This document shows, piece by piece, positions 25,046 to 38,315 of a stretch of DNA of 64,000 bases; within the stretch, counting starts at the first letter, position 1; each line of letters opens with the position of its first letter. The notes beneath the pieces are model-generated. The model ran no database searches, was not told the origin of the DNA, and worked only from the letters and a program-made list of their open reading frames with translations. This DNA comes from Klebsormidium nitens (lineage: Eukaryota; Plantae; Klebsormidiophyceae). The DNA lies in the NCBI GenBank assembly GCA_000708835.1, contig DF237297.1:16791-80790 (forward strand), read 5' to 3'. Both the position numbers and the translations under genes were made by a program.

Positions 25046-28000
25046 ATGAGTGAGGAGCCGCAGTTGGTGGTGGGTGGAGAGGCGAGCGCTGAGAGGCAGC
25101 AGCCTGATGGTGGTGGCAATGAAGATCCATTGGATGCTGAGAGGGCAGCTATGGAGCTGTTGGAACCACTTGAGAGGGTGCTGATGGCAAGCCTTCTAGA
25201 CATGGGGTGGAAGGTATGGCACGCCTCAGCTAGTTGGGAGTTGGGACATTCATGAGTTTTTTAGGGTTTGAATTATGGTGGGAATTGGTTGCCCTCGATT
25301 GGGTCATTGGCTTTATGTGATTATGCCCTGATCAACGCCTTTAGTTTGACTCCATCGCAAGTTGTGTTTACTGGATGTCTTGGTTTATTTGCAGATTGGG
25401 CTGAAGCCAGGGAAGAATGGTTCAAGCAAGCCGACTAGTCCAAAGCTCAGCTTCATAAGCCCAACAAACCAGGTCAGTGCACAACCAGTTCTCCAAGCTT
25501 TTTGATCAGTCAGCCGCCACTGCTTTTTGAGGAAGGTAGCTCAAGAATCAATCAAGACCCCGTACTCAGAATCAAGAGCATCTTATGAAACTTTTGGATT
25601 GCTGCACCAGGGCGCCCTCACCCACCATCTTATATCTTGTTATCCTCACTTGCGTAATTGTTCTTATTCAGGTCTTCGATGCCTGGGATGAGGTTACCCA
25701 ATTTTTTGGGCAGACCAGCGAACAAGAGGGCTGGTTCGCCGGTGGGTCAAACTTGGCAGTGGGCAGGAACAAGGAGGACTCGGCACTGCCGGGCACAGAA
25801 GTGGGCGGCGCAAGCAGAAGCGAGCCTTCAGAATTAGGGTTTTTGGAACAAGGGGCCGAGGCAGCAGGGGGCATTGAGCAGGCTGAGAAGCAGCAGAGGC
25901 CTTTGAACGGTGTCATCCATTCGCTAGAGCCTGGTGCAGCGGGTCCTTCCCAGGGTCCTCTCCAAACGTCCCTCAGTCAGGAGCCTGATCTGCTTTCCAC
26001 TTTAGAGGAGGCTGGCACTGTTCACGCCGAGGAGCTTGCTCTCGCTGCTGAGATTATGAAAGAGCTGGAGGAGAGGAAAGAGCGGTTGCTGCTGTCGGCG
26101 CCAGAACCGAGCCCCCTCCCTGTAGCAGCTGCCAGGCGCTCCCCTCTCCCCCCCCCAATGGCATCAGCCTCTCTAGAGGGGCATCCTTTGGTTTTCCAAG
26201 GCTTCCAGCCTGCAGCCGTAGGCGCTCGAGGTTTTCCGATTGCTGCGCCGGCAAAGGCATTTGGGGGCCAGAACTTCAATGTTGCGGCAGGCAGGCCAGA
26301 ATCTAACCACAGTGGCTCCACTCTAGAGGGGAACAGCAAGGGGGGTTTCGTGTATGAGAGAAAGGACGGGGTCAAGGTGAGCCTCACTGATCCTCCGTCA
26401 TTGGCTGCCTACATACATCTACCGCACGCTCTGCTTAAAAAGTGGTGGAAACGTTGGCGCTAGTATGGCCGATCCGTTTCAAAGCGCTTGGTTGTGACTG
26501 CTAAACGGGCTGTCATGCACAGTACACGTTTCTGGAGGTGCTCAAGCACCACCGCACTGTGAAATCCGGTCGTTCTACAAGTGTGACATCGTTGATCATG
26601 TGTCGATCACACCCTCCTCTCGCACTGCCGCGAAGGCTGCTGTGTTCATTGCATTTGCCCCATGTTGACGCTCGAGTTCATTATGATTCCTTCAGGTCAA
26701 TTGGGGGCCTGACATCCCTTCCCTCCCTTGCAGGTATACCACAAAGAGGCCTGCAAGTGCCGCGGTTGCACTGCCAAGCGGAAAAGCGGCGAGGTCCCCG
26801 GCCCTCCGAGCTTGAGCCCGGAGGCGCTACCTGGGCCTCTTGCTCTTGTTGAGAGGCCCAACTTTTTGCAAAGTGCAGTCCTGCCGGCACTACCATGGGA
26901 GCTCACCGGAGACAGGTGGGGGGGAGGGGAGACGACTCCAGTTCTTGACGAGGCGGCAGCGGCTGTGGCTGCTGCGGTGCGGAGCCTAGAGTTGCAAGGG
27001 GTGGAGGTTTCGCCCCAGAATCTGAACGGGCTAGAGATTATCCCAGGCTTGGCTACTCAGCGGTTTGACCGGGGTGACGAGTACCTCACAGCCGATGAGT
27101 CGCCGCAGGGATCGGTGAGCCTCGAGGGGGGTTTGGGGGGCTTGGCCGGTCAAGAGGATGACACGGCGTTCTGGCAGACACGAGGAGGTGAGGAGGAGGC
27201 AGGGGATGACGATGGGGCAGAGGGTTCTGACGTCGAGGACCTCGACGTGTTTCTCCCACGGATCATGGAACAGACGGGGTTCACACCATTGTTGGCGGGG
27301 CAAGACGCATTTATGGGCTTTGGCCCCGAGGCATATGCCGCCATGCAGGCGGCTGTGCCTGTGGCTGCAGAAGACCAGTCGGCGCTTGTCCTCTATGAGC
27401 CCCTCCGCTCCGAGTTGGACCACCTGTCAGCCGAACAGCAAGAGGCTCTCGACTTGGGCACGACACGCAAGCGCAACGCATACCTGTGCAAGCGGTGCGG
27501 CCAAATAAAAAAGGGGCACAAGTGTAACCCCGCTGCAGCCCGCACCTCCTCGCGGCGCTCCTTAAGCGGTCCCCCCAGCCCCGACGCGACCCCAGAGGCC
27601 CCGCTCCCCCCACCAGAACCCGTTGCCCGGCCCCCAGTCGAACCCCCTAAGCCTCCTCCGGCCAGCCCCTCGCTCCAACCGTACAGCTTCTCCAGTCTTT
27701 CTAAACCACCCCCGCCGCTTCTTGACGACCTCCAGTCTTTCTTTTCCTCCCCCCGCGAGGAGCCCCCCCGGGCCGCGGTTCCGAGCGCTTCGGAGCGGCC
27801 GACGGTGCTCCAGTATGCCGGATACCGGCCGTCTAAAGCGGCGTCGGCAGCGGCGATCGTAGCGGTGGGGGGGCAGGGCTGTCCGAAAGTGGTGCTTCCC
27901 AAGTTCAAGGACCCCCCCACCAATGCGCGGCTGCTGTTGGCGACGGGGCTGCTGGAGGGGCAGCATGTGTCGTACATCATGCAGAGCGGGAAGGTACGTG

Positions 28001-31000
28001 GTGGTTTTAGGGTGCTTCTGTGCCCGGATCTCTAGCGCATCGTACCGTATGTCATGTTCTCGTTTGGTAGGCTGCTGTACGCCGTACGGCATCTTTCAGA
28101 TGGTGACAACATGTGCCCACAAGCGAGATTCTGGACTAAGTTCCACATTGGGTTAACCTCACACTCCCTTTCGCAATCCGTACCCATTGGCTTGTCCATC
28201 AGAATCAAGCGGGGTGGATCGGCGAAAACCTCGCTGCTTGTGTACACTTTAAAGCATGACGATGGGACGGTGCTTGCTGTTTGTTAAGCGGTATCATCTG
28301 GGCCTGCCATGCAAGACCAAGGGTGATTCAGTCCGGTCCCCTTGGGCCCAAAACGCTTTGACAGAGGTGCTGACTTCTGCTATTTGTGGTGCAGTTGCTG
28401 CTGACGGGCTGGGTTAAGGGCGGGGGAGTCATTTGCGACTGCGAAAAGTGCAAGGGCAACTCGGTAAGTTGTTACCAATCGCCTCTTTACATAAGCCTGT
28501 TCTGCCCATATCTTTGCGTTCCGCTCCTCCTCGTTTCTGCCGCAACTCCCGAGGCCGTATGGATCGCACAGCTCTTGAGAAACATGGGGTCTTATTCCCC
28601 GTGACAAAATCTCCTCGAATATGTGAGGACGAGTTTCCTGCAAGCTTCTCGAGTCTCACCGTTAGGGCAGCCGCTCACTCCCTTTTCCGTTTGCCGCAGT
28701 TGGTCAGCCTGTCCGAGTTTGAGAAGCACGCGGGCAGCGTTGCGCGCCACCCGAGCGACTACATCTTTCTCGACGACGGCCGCAACCTGCGCCAGCTGGT
28801 GGAAGACGCTCAGGCGCTGGCGGCAGGGCGCATCGTCATGTCCAACGAGATTGTGACCCGGGAGGAGGTGCCAGCTGGCGCGCTGGGACTAGACGCGGTC
28901 GCGGAGGGCGCGTGCAGCGCCTGCGGGGAGGAGGGCAACGTGCTGCGGTGTTCGTCGTGTAGTAGAGAATACCATGCAGGTGCGAGAATTTTTACCTACC
29001 TTCTGGAGGTATCTGAGGTGGATAATCTTGCACATGAGACTTCACAAGCACACATGATAACAAATATTTTGAATCTTCCGGGCCAACTCTGCGAGAAAAG
29101 GGACTAACTTCAATTACAGTCAACCCCCAGTTTCTGATCACTCAAGCAGGAACGACTAACGGGTCCCTCCTTGCTTCTTTCGAGCCTTGCTCTCTCAACA
29201 AAGATGCCTCTCGCCCGTTGAGGGAGCACTTAGTAACTCGTCAAGACAGACCGCTGTGTCACAAAGGGCATAGCCTGCCATCGCAACTCTCGAAACCAAG
29301 TCCTTCCTAACCCAGCCTCTGACGCCTACGTTCTCTGTTCGTGCAGAGTGCGTGGGGCTGGAGCGCCCCCCGTCTGCTTCCGCGCAGTGGACCTGTCCAC
29401 GCTGCCAGGGGGGGGCCGGGCACGGCATCTACCGCGGCCCCCCCATTGCGCGGCTGGTCCACCAGTCTCCGGCGACCATCCGGCGAAGGACCCCCTCCAA
29501 CGTATTCAGCCTGCTGTTCACTGACAATGGGCTGCCTGACGGGGAGGCGGTGTCGTACCGGATCAGGGGGGAGGTGAGCAAATTGGCGATGCTTCTTGAG
29601 TTCGTATGCACGTTGGAGGCTTGCGCCTTTTCTTGTATCAATGATTTTGTTTCGGGTGTTTATTCTGTAACAGGGACGTTTCCTCACCTTGCGAGAGGGC
29701 TTGCGAGATTCGGCAGAGCCCTAGATTGGGCTCCGCCATATGAGTCCAACTTAGAACGGGTGTCCTGCGTTCCCATCTTTCAGGCTGGAGTGCCCTGCTT
29801 TGGCGCATCCCAACCGTCTTCACTCTGTTCTGTCACACTGACTCCGTATTTCTGAATGCAGACGATCCTGGCGGGCAAGAAGGCGCGCGGCGGCATCGTG
29901 TGCGGGTGCTGCAGCTCCATCGTAAGCCCGTCCACGTTCGAGCAGCACGCCGGGAAGGGCGCCCGCCGTAATCCATACACGTCCATCTTCGTCGACTCTG
30001 CCGACATCCATCTAAAGGATTATGCGCAGCGGGTCGAGGCGCAGGGGGGCCCCTCGCGGGGCGAGGCGGAAGCGGAGGAGTGCGCCGAGTGCGGGGACGG
30101 CGGGAACCTGATCCTGTGCGACGGGTGTCCCAAAGGGTACCACCCCGAGTGCGTCAGGTCAGTGGCCAGATGAGCGCGGCTCAAACGTCGGATATGTGCT
30201 TTTGCACGGCTGTGATTCTGATTAGACTTTTGAGCAGATCCATCTGAGTTCCGCCTTTCCATTCGAGATTTCTGGAAGAGAGCAGGATCTGGGATTCTCG
30301 CTCCTCTACGGCCACGGACCTTGACTGTAAGAGTAATTTCGGGGGGGCAATTGTGTCTTTCGACAAGGCAGAAGGTCTGGGCGACATCATACTCGCGCAA
30401 CCATTCCATTCTCCTTTTCGTAGTCTTACCCTCTTCCCTTGCGTTCCAAAGAAAGTAACTCGGAATGTTTCACAGGGTCATAGTTGAACGGCCGCGTTTT
30501 TTCTGGCAGGCTGAGCAGCGTCTCCTGACAAACATCCCGTGCTCCTTTTCGGAATCTCACCCTTTTAGCCACGTACAAAGAGCTCATTCGAAGTCGTTCC
30601 TACGAAGCCAGGATTTTGACTCCCCGGGCTTTTTCCCGCAGGCTGAGCGCCGTCCCGAAGGGCGACTGGTTCTGCGGCAGCTGCGACAAGCCACGCATTG
30701 CGGCCGCCAAGGCCAAGGCGGCGGCACACCCCGCGGGGGGCAGCAACGCGAGCGGCGCGAGCGACATGGTGGCGCGGTGCGCGCGGCTGCTGACGGAGGT
30801 GGACACGACGACGGGGGGGTGCATCCTGTGCCGCATGCAGGACTTCAGCAAGACGTTCGGGGACAGGACCATCATCCTCTGCGACCAGGTACAGGGGCTT
30901 CGGACTGTGCTGCTTAGGTTGCTCTTCAAATGGTTCATCTTTGAATGGTTCAGTTACCCAAGAAGGTAGTCCAGATTTTATCATCCTCTGCGACCATGTG

Positions 31001-34000
31001 CGGTTGTGTGTTCTGTTCTGCTCAGGTCGCTGTTTGATCAGCGTCCGTGACTCAAAGTGAAGAGGTTATCCCTGTCACTTCTGCGGTTGTGATCATCTTC
31101 TGCGTCCTGACGAGGGCACCCCTAGCGTTAGGGGCTTGTCCTCGATATGTTTGTAGGCTTCTCAAACGGCGAAGATTTGGGAGGAGGGACGGACAAAACG
31201 CATTTACTGGTGGCAATCTTGCTGACGCGAGTGCTACTACCATCATTCTAAGAGACGCCCCCATTGGGCCATAAGCATTTCAAAAGGATTTGGTGCTCTT
31301 TATTTGTTCACAGAACAACCATCAGGGATGACTTCATCTCCTTACTTGCCCACACACTGCATTCGATTCTCAGTCAACAATAAAAAGCGCACTCCATTGT
31401 AGAATAGGGCTCCTGGCTTTCGCCTGCGGCGGAGGGTGATCCCGTCAGCAGAGTCATTCACACCCGTGCCCCTTCCCACCCGTGCAGTGCGAGCGCGAAT
31501 TCCACGTGGGCTGCCTGCGCGAGCACGGCGTGGCTGACCTCAGCGAGCTGCCGGAGGGCGACTGGTTCTGCGGCGGGGAGTGCGCGCGCATCAGCGCGCA
31601 GCTGCAAGCGCTGCTGGAACGGGGCCCGCAGGCGCTGCCGAATTACGTCATGGCGGGGGGCAAGCCGGTGGATGACGGCCGCGAGAGGACGTGGCAGCTG
31701 CTCAGAGGGCGCCAGGGGAGCAAGGACAACGGGAAGGTGCTCGCGGCCGCGGTGGACATCCTCTCGGTGAGGGCACGCTCCAGCCGTCCGTTTCAGAAAG
31801 CTGTCAGAAGAGTACCGAAGGAACAAGTGATCTGTCGATCCAAAGGGCGCCTTTCAGCTCTTCCATGTCCATGCCCCCAGTGAAGTCCGTCACGAGTCGC
31901 CCCAGAAAAGCGGTGGGGATGCAGAGGTTTTGACGGGATAGAGACGAGCGTTTGAGCCGTTAAGGGGAGCAGACTTGTGGGGTAAAGTAGCTCCCGTTCT
32001 ACGTTTGAGCTGTTTCAAGTACGAACGGCGGAGGTCGGCTTCAGGGGATTCAATCGTCGGATCTTGGTGCCTATCAGCCTTTTGGGAAGTTGGAATTCGT
32101 CATAGGCGTGCCGGCGAAGGTTTCTTTTTGGCATGCTGTGTGATTCTGCTTGGAATAGCAAGCGTTGCTTCTCGAAGGCGTTGCAGAGAGGGGCGTCTGC
32201 TTGCACATCTGCCATTTCGAAGGCGTTGCCGCAAAGGGCGTCCTCTTCTTGAAACTTCGCTTAAGTACTTTAGGCATCCAAATCCTCGCTCGTCGTCCCC
32301 ACGCGGAAGTGCCTCAACCCAATCATTGACGGCGCGATCGGCGAGGACCTGCTATTACATCTCCCATCAGATTCATCGCATGAAGAACGGAGGGGATATC
32401 ACAGATTGCCCCTGAAGTGATTTTTAAGCTGAACTTCTCACCCCTGGTCCTGTACAGAGGTGTTTCGACCCGATCATCGAGCGGTAAGGACTTTATGTTG
32501 CGCCTTTGGTCAGTACTTGTCCCTGCGAAAATCAATGCACCATTTGAGCTATCAGTGACGAGCTGACTTCGTACCCGTTATCTCCGTGCAGCGGTGCTTC
32601 GACCCGATCATCGACTGCGCGAGTGGCGAGGACCTGCTGCCCATGATGGTGCACAGCCGGCAGACCAAGGACCACGACTTCAGCGGCATGTACTGCCTCG
32701 CGCTGCGCGCCGCGGGGAAAGTCGCCTCCTGCGCCGTCATTCGCGTGTTTGGGAACAAGCTCGCGGAGATGCCCCTCGTTGCTACCAGCCTCGACGCTCG
32801 CCGCCAGGTGAGGGGTCGCGGCGGGGGAACGGGCATGAATGAGAAAGTTTGGCGTAAAGGCTGGAAAACTGTTTGGCTTTAGAAGGGCTGGACAATCGTG
32901 TTCTGGAGATCCGTTTGGTTTTGGTTGATTTTGGTAAGGGTCGATGTAGACTTTGTTATGGAAGAAGGCGGGGAGTAGCATGCAGGACGGACTGCCTGAT
33001 TAAAATGTGTGTGTAGTAGGTTTACGCTCACGATTGTTGCGGACCCCGGGTTGCCCTTTTGGAAACCGACTCCATCTTGAGCTGTAGCGGTTCCCTTTCT
33101 GCCAAAGATAGGCTGCTGACGTTGCAGAGCATGCTAATTGTTGTCCCTCAGGTTTGTCCAGATTGTCAGGACAGCAAGAGTACTTTTGGTACCCGGCAAT
33201 GACGGTATCTTTGCTTTGCTCTATGAATTTCAGGGCTCTTGAACATAGTGAGAAAATCCAACGTCGGCTTTCTCCGCCTGTAGGGTCACTGTCGGGCGCT
33301 GATGACGGCTACTGAATGGCTGCTGACGACGCTGGGGGTTGCTCGCCTGTCGCTGCCAGCCGCAGAGGGGGCGGAAGACACGTGGCAGACCGGGTTTGGG
33401 TTCAACAAGATGTCCCATACAGACGTAAGTGACCTTTCTTGGGTCTGCCACGTGGAGTACTCCCTGCCCCTGCGTTTAGCATTGTTGTTTGTAGGCGCGG
33501 GTACATTGGCCCCTCAAGCATCTAAGAACTTGTCCCGTAGATATTGCTGCATTGCTCAGATGCCTTTTTTGCATGGCTATCTTAACCCGCATCCGCGGAG
33601 TTGTCTTTCGGCACAACTCCATGATGGCAACTCCAGACTCATCGTTCTCTCGTACTCTCGCCATCAAAGCAGATTCGATCATTTGGCGAAGCAGTTTTTA
33701 TGCCCATCACGAGTGAAACTGACGCAACGTAACCACAATGCCTAGGGCCACTTGCTCTGTTCCTTACTGTGTCCGGTTCAGCACTTCGTCTCTTACAACC
33801 TTGGAAAGTCGCTTTGAATCACAAAAGCAACACAGACAAGCGCCGACAACCGTCTGACCCGTTGCCTCTTGCCGCTTCTTTTCAGCTCCAGAAGTGGCGT
33901 GCGGAGCTGCAGGCCCTGCTAGTGTTCCCCGGCGCCTCCATGCTCGAAAAGGTGATCCCCCCACTTCCCGGGATGGCGCGCCCACAGCCGTCGCCCCCAT

Positions 34001-37000
34001 CTTTGCACCCGCGCCAGCTGTCGGGCCGTGCCGCGGGAGAAGGGGGGGAGCGGATCATGGGGCGGCCGATTGAGGAAGCCCTGGCGGCAGCGGCGGAAGC
34101 ACGCAGCCGCGGGATCAGCAAGGGGAAGAGGAGCAAGACGAGCAGGAGCGGGCAAGGTGAGGATTGATACTTCTGTAACTAGCAGATTAGTCTGAGTTGA
34201 CTTTTCCTGACGAGTTCAGATGGAGCATGGAGGTTGTATGAATGTGCAGGAACGGGGGTGCCGCTTTGCTGGCCCGTGTGTGATGACGAATTGTCGAGAT
34301 GTAAGTTTAGAATGTTTGCGCGAGATGGCTTGGAAATCCTCATGGTCGCAGAAGTCTGGCATACCCCTTGCGTATTTCACGGATTACATCTGGCATCCTA
34401 GTCCAGTTCGTCAGTTGGTTGGTAATTGACGGTTCACCGTTCTGTTTGTCGTCTTTCTCTGCCCTCTCCCTGCAAACGCCACAAGAGGAACTTTTCGATT
34501 CCGCAATCTTTCGATCCACGGTCTCTATCCCGTAGGGAGGTCTGGAGGCTTGTACTGACTCGGCATCTTTCCGCAGGTGCCTCATCGGCTCAGGATGAGG
34601 AGGCGTCAGGCCCCGCCGCATCCAGCCACTCCACTGAGGAGGACGCCCCCATCCTAGTTCAATTTGGGCGCAAGAAAACCCCCCAGCCGGCAGATTCCGA
34701 CGACTCGGTGCCCATTGCTCAAATGCACCTGCAACTGTCGGAGGCCCAGTCGCCCGGCAAGAGGAAACGGGGCCGCCCGCCGGGTAGCGGAAAGCCAAAA
34801 GTCAAAAGCAAGCGGGGGCGACCGAGAAAGCTGCCTGTGGAGGGGGAGAGTCGCCCGGAAGAGGCGACGCGGGAGTCGGACGGGGAGAGCGTGGATCTGG
34901 GCGGAGATGGGTTGCCACCGGCGGCAAAGAAAAGCAGAACGGAGGGAGAAGGAGGGGTGTTGAATCTGGAGGGGGTGGAGGGAGGGGCGAAAGTGTCGCC
35001 GATCCAGTTGCAAAGGAAGGCGCTGCAACATACGCGGCCCCGGTCGATTCTGGGGAGACAACAAGCGAAGGGGTCGGGCGGGGAAGATGGGACGGAGTCG
35101 AAGGGAGAGAGAGAAGGCCCGCCGGTGGACAAGGCGACGATGTTCCTGGCGAACGTGCAGAAGTTCAAGGACAAGAAGCGGCAGCGGAGGGAGAAGATGC
35201 TGGCGGCGCGGCTGGCCAAGATGGGGGGGGATCCCCCGGAGGGCGCGGCCGAGAAGGTGACGTCAGCAAGCGAGGCGTCGAGCAGGAGCACGGGGCTCAA
35301 GGGGCCGCGCAGCAAACGGCGCGCGCGCGTGTTTGTGCCGGGGGCTGAGTTCTGGCTGCCGGGGAGGGAGGAGGAAAGCGAGGAAAAGCAGAAGCCGAGC
35401 AAAAAGATGCGGGTCGTGACGGAGAAAAAGCACAAGGCGGAGGTCGAGAGTGGGGCGGCGGAAAAAGAGGCGCTGGTTGTGCCAGAGGGGGGAAGCAGTC
35501 CGGCGAAGGGCTCGCGAAGAAAGAAGCAGAAGAAAGCAGGAGGAGAAGAGCAGCAAGACGGTGGGGGGAGCACCGCGTCAGAAAAGGCGCGCGATAGTGC
35601 TGTGGAAACGGCGGAGGCGCTGCGGGAAGTTCGCGTGCTAAGCAAAAACCTGGAGCCTCACACGGGGGGTGACGAAAAGGACGGGGGAGGTCAGAAGAGC
35701 GGACGAGAAGCAGCGCAGCGCGGGACCGCCGATGGGGAAACGGCAGGCCGAGACCAGGAAGCGGAGGGAAAAGGGGCCAAGAAGCGGAGACGAATGGAGA
35801 ACGCCGAGACTCCAGCGGGGGAAAAGAATTTCACAGAAGGGGCGAAAGGTGTCCAAGGGGAGAGTAACAAAGAGGCGGAAGGTGTTGACGGGGAGACTTT
35901 TGTGGAGCAGGAAGAGGCGGGATCAAAAGAAGGGGCCGAAGAGGGCACTGCTGGAAAGGAAGTGGAAAAGAGGAGGTCGCGAAAGAGAGCGCGACAGTGG
36001 GGAAAGCGGAAACGGGCGCCGAGGAGTGGCGGCGACGAAGGCACAGAGCCCGTCGCAAAGGATTCGGTGGTCGATATTGATTTTAAGGGGGATAGCAGAC
36101 CGGGGGACGAAGTATCCCCCCAGCAAGAGGAGCAGATTGGCCAGACAAGGAAACACGGTCGAAGCGAGCGGACCGGGACGGCTCAGATGGCTGCTGTTAG
36201 CGAGGGGACTGCCGCGAAAGGTGATTCGAGCGTGCAAGGCACGAAGAACGGGTTGACTGGACACGGCAAAGGGGTCGGTAACGGAGGGCAAAGAGTTGCG
36301 GAGCTGAGCGGGGGCTTGGAGACAAAACAAGCAACGGGCCGAAGTGCTGAAGAAAGGCCGGGGGGGCTGGTTTACCGCAGAAAGAAAGGCAGGGGGGCGC
36401 AGGAAAGGTGGCGAGAAGCTGCACCGGAGGCGGAAGCTGCCCTCGTAAAAGAGACGGTCGAGACGGAGATTGTGTTTCAGGGGGCAAATGCTGCTGCAGG
36501 CAGAGAGGGGGGGCGAGAGCAGACAAAACCGCGGCCGAGCGGATTGCTCGTCAAGGGGGTAAAGGGCTTCCTGATGAGGCAACCCGCAGCGTCACCCCCT
36601 GCTGATGTCATCCCTGAGCCGCCAGCAGCCTCGGTGTCCCCAACCGGCGTGCTTAGCGAGAAGCAGGCGAAGAAGAGGCTCGATAAGGCTGCTGAGAAGA
36701 GGGCGAGCGGAGTGATTGTTAAGGGCGTCAAAGGGTTCCAGAAGAAGAAGGGTCCCGAACCTGGGCCGGTGGTTGGCAGCCAGGAAGTGGTACTGGAGGG
36801 GGGGACAGGTGGGGAAGTGTTGGAGGCAGGAGGCAACCATGACAGGGAGGAAGGAGAAGCGGTGACGGGGAGGGACGCGTTGCCTCAGGAGGAGAGTGCG
36901 CCAGAAATGGGCATAGGAGACGGGCCGGGGGTAGAGGAGGCAGTGAAGGGCGGAGAGGGCGGGACAGAGCCGGCGGAAGTGAAAGTTGTGGAGAGTTTGA

Positions 37001-37410
37001 GAAGGGTGGGCGGTAAGGGAAAGAAGAAGAAGAAAGGCAAACATGTACGCAAACCGCCGGGGGAGGTTGAAGTGGTTGAAGAATTGGTGGTTCGGTTAGA
37101 TCAGGAGGCTGCTGATGGCGGGCTTGGCAAAGAAGGGGCTGACGCAAGCGCTTTGTCGCTGGATGGTGCTGTTAGCGAGAGAGGATCAGGGGAACATGCT
37201 GATGGGCGCAAGGGCAGGGATGGGGAAAAGGGACGCGAAGAACAGGGGGAGAAACAGGGAGTTCCCAATGGGGCCGGCAGAAAGTTCAGAGTGCCGCGCG
37301 AGTTGCAAGCGCTGCAGGCTGCCCCGGGGACTGGTGCACCGGCAGACGGGAGCAAGGGTGCAAAGGCCTTTGCCGGCTTTTTGTCGAGTACTAGACAGAG
37401 GGTGCGCTAG
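25046..37410 (+). CDS. IDM1/ROS4-family chromatin protein: two Tify-binding-type domains, three PHD fingers, GNAT acetyltransferase and a long charged tail with AT-hooks (roughly 2300-2400 aa)
   Basis: Two GGVICDC..C…SEFEKHAG / GGIVCGCC…STFEQHAG modules. PHD fingers at ~28910-29405, ~30080-30685 and ~30820-31580. GNAT motifs RCFDPIID…DFSGMYC…RVFGNKLAEMPLVAT…GHCRALM…LPAAEGAEDTWQTGFGF. Terminal exon ~34578-37410. Fourteen GT-AG exons were reconstructed in phase; the two 5' exons are less certain. Confidence 0.88.
32303..32483 (+). repeat. Two intronic copies of the 5' end of the GNAT exon (true exon starts at 32592)
   Basis: 32303-32353 matches the acceptor and exon start at 41/51 nt. 32458-32483 is a second copy with an intact AG and a GTAAG donor. 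Confidence 0.8.
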
Positions 37411-37659
37411 CCTATCCTGCCAGTTGAAGGATTGCTTGGTAAAGAACAGTGGCAGCATTGATGCTTCCAAAGATACACGAAGTGCCAGCGTTTAAAACCG
37501 GATGTCAAGACGAATGACTTCGACCTTGGCAGGAGTTCTTGTAGTCCGCTTGAAATAAAGCGACAGCCGAGGTCTGCACACGACCTTGAGTGCAAGCTCG
37601 AGTGTTCGCTGTGATCACGCTTTTGATGTGAAGGGATTTCGAAACCAGTCACCCATCAG

Positions 37660-38315
37660 TATTACTAACTTGTGCGGGCCAATATCATGCATGTACCTAG
37701 CTCTGACAATAATTCATGCCGGGATAACGCAGGCCAAAGAATGTTGACTTATATTCAGCCGCGCCAGCTAAATATACAGCTAGAGAAAGCCAATATGGCA
37801 ATGAGACGCTGACCGTGGCCGCACCGCGCACCATGTTATATCCGTGTGAGGCCGGCATGCGCCGATCAGTGTTCGAGCCATGATGTATCATTATACATAC
37901 GTATACTGCAACATGAGATGCAGTCACTGCCTGGGCCATCAGATGGCATCAGTGCGTATACGCTTGAATTAAAAATCTATGCACGCATTCGAGATATATC
38001 GAGCTAGCCCCTGCCGGCGGCCATGCATATATATGCACGTTCAATAACTCATGGCCAAATTTGTGCAATTCAATATGCGTTAAGCCTGATCTACATAATT
38101 CATGCATATTGCAAATATCACACAATCATTCAATGAGTCCCGATGCTATATCGGCACGGTCCGATCGTAATTAACTATAGTGACGGCGTACTAAAGCCTG
38201 GCCGCGCCACAAACTTTGCCAGACAGACATGCGATTAATTGGCAGTATAGCACGAACGTTGAGAAACTACTCAGGCCATGCAGATCTTACCTGCATGATC
38301 TGCAATTGCACATGC
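37660..38315. repeat. Palindrome-dense island 3 (between IDM1-like and F-box 3' ends)
   Basis: GCGTATACGC 37954-37963, TGCATATATATGCA 38024-38037, TGCAATTGCA 38301-38310, plus GATATATC, ATACGTAT, CATGCATG, CGATCG and AGATCT. Confidence 0.8.

Noticed and set aside
34654-37355. Many long minus-strand ORFs (up to 308 aa) opposite the IDM1-like terminal exon
   Set aside because: Antisense shadows of a purine-rich, low-complexity coding exon; no independent motifs.
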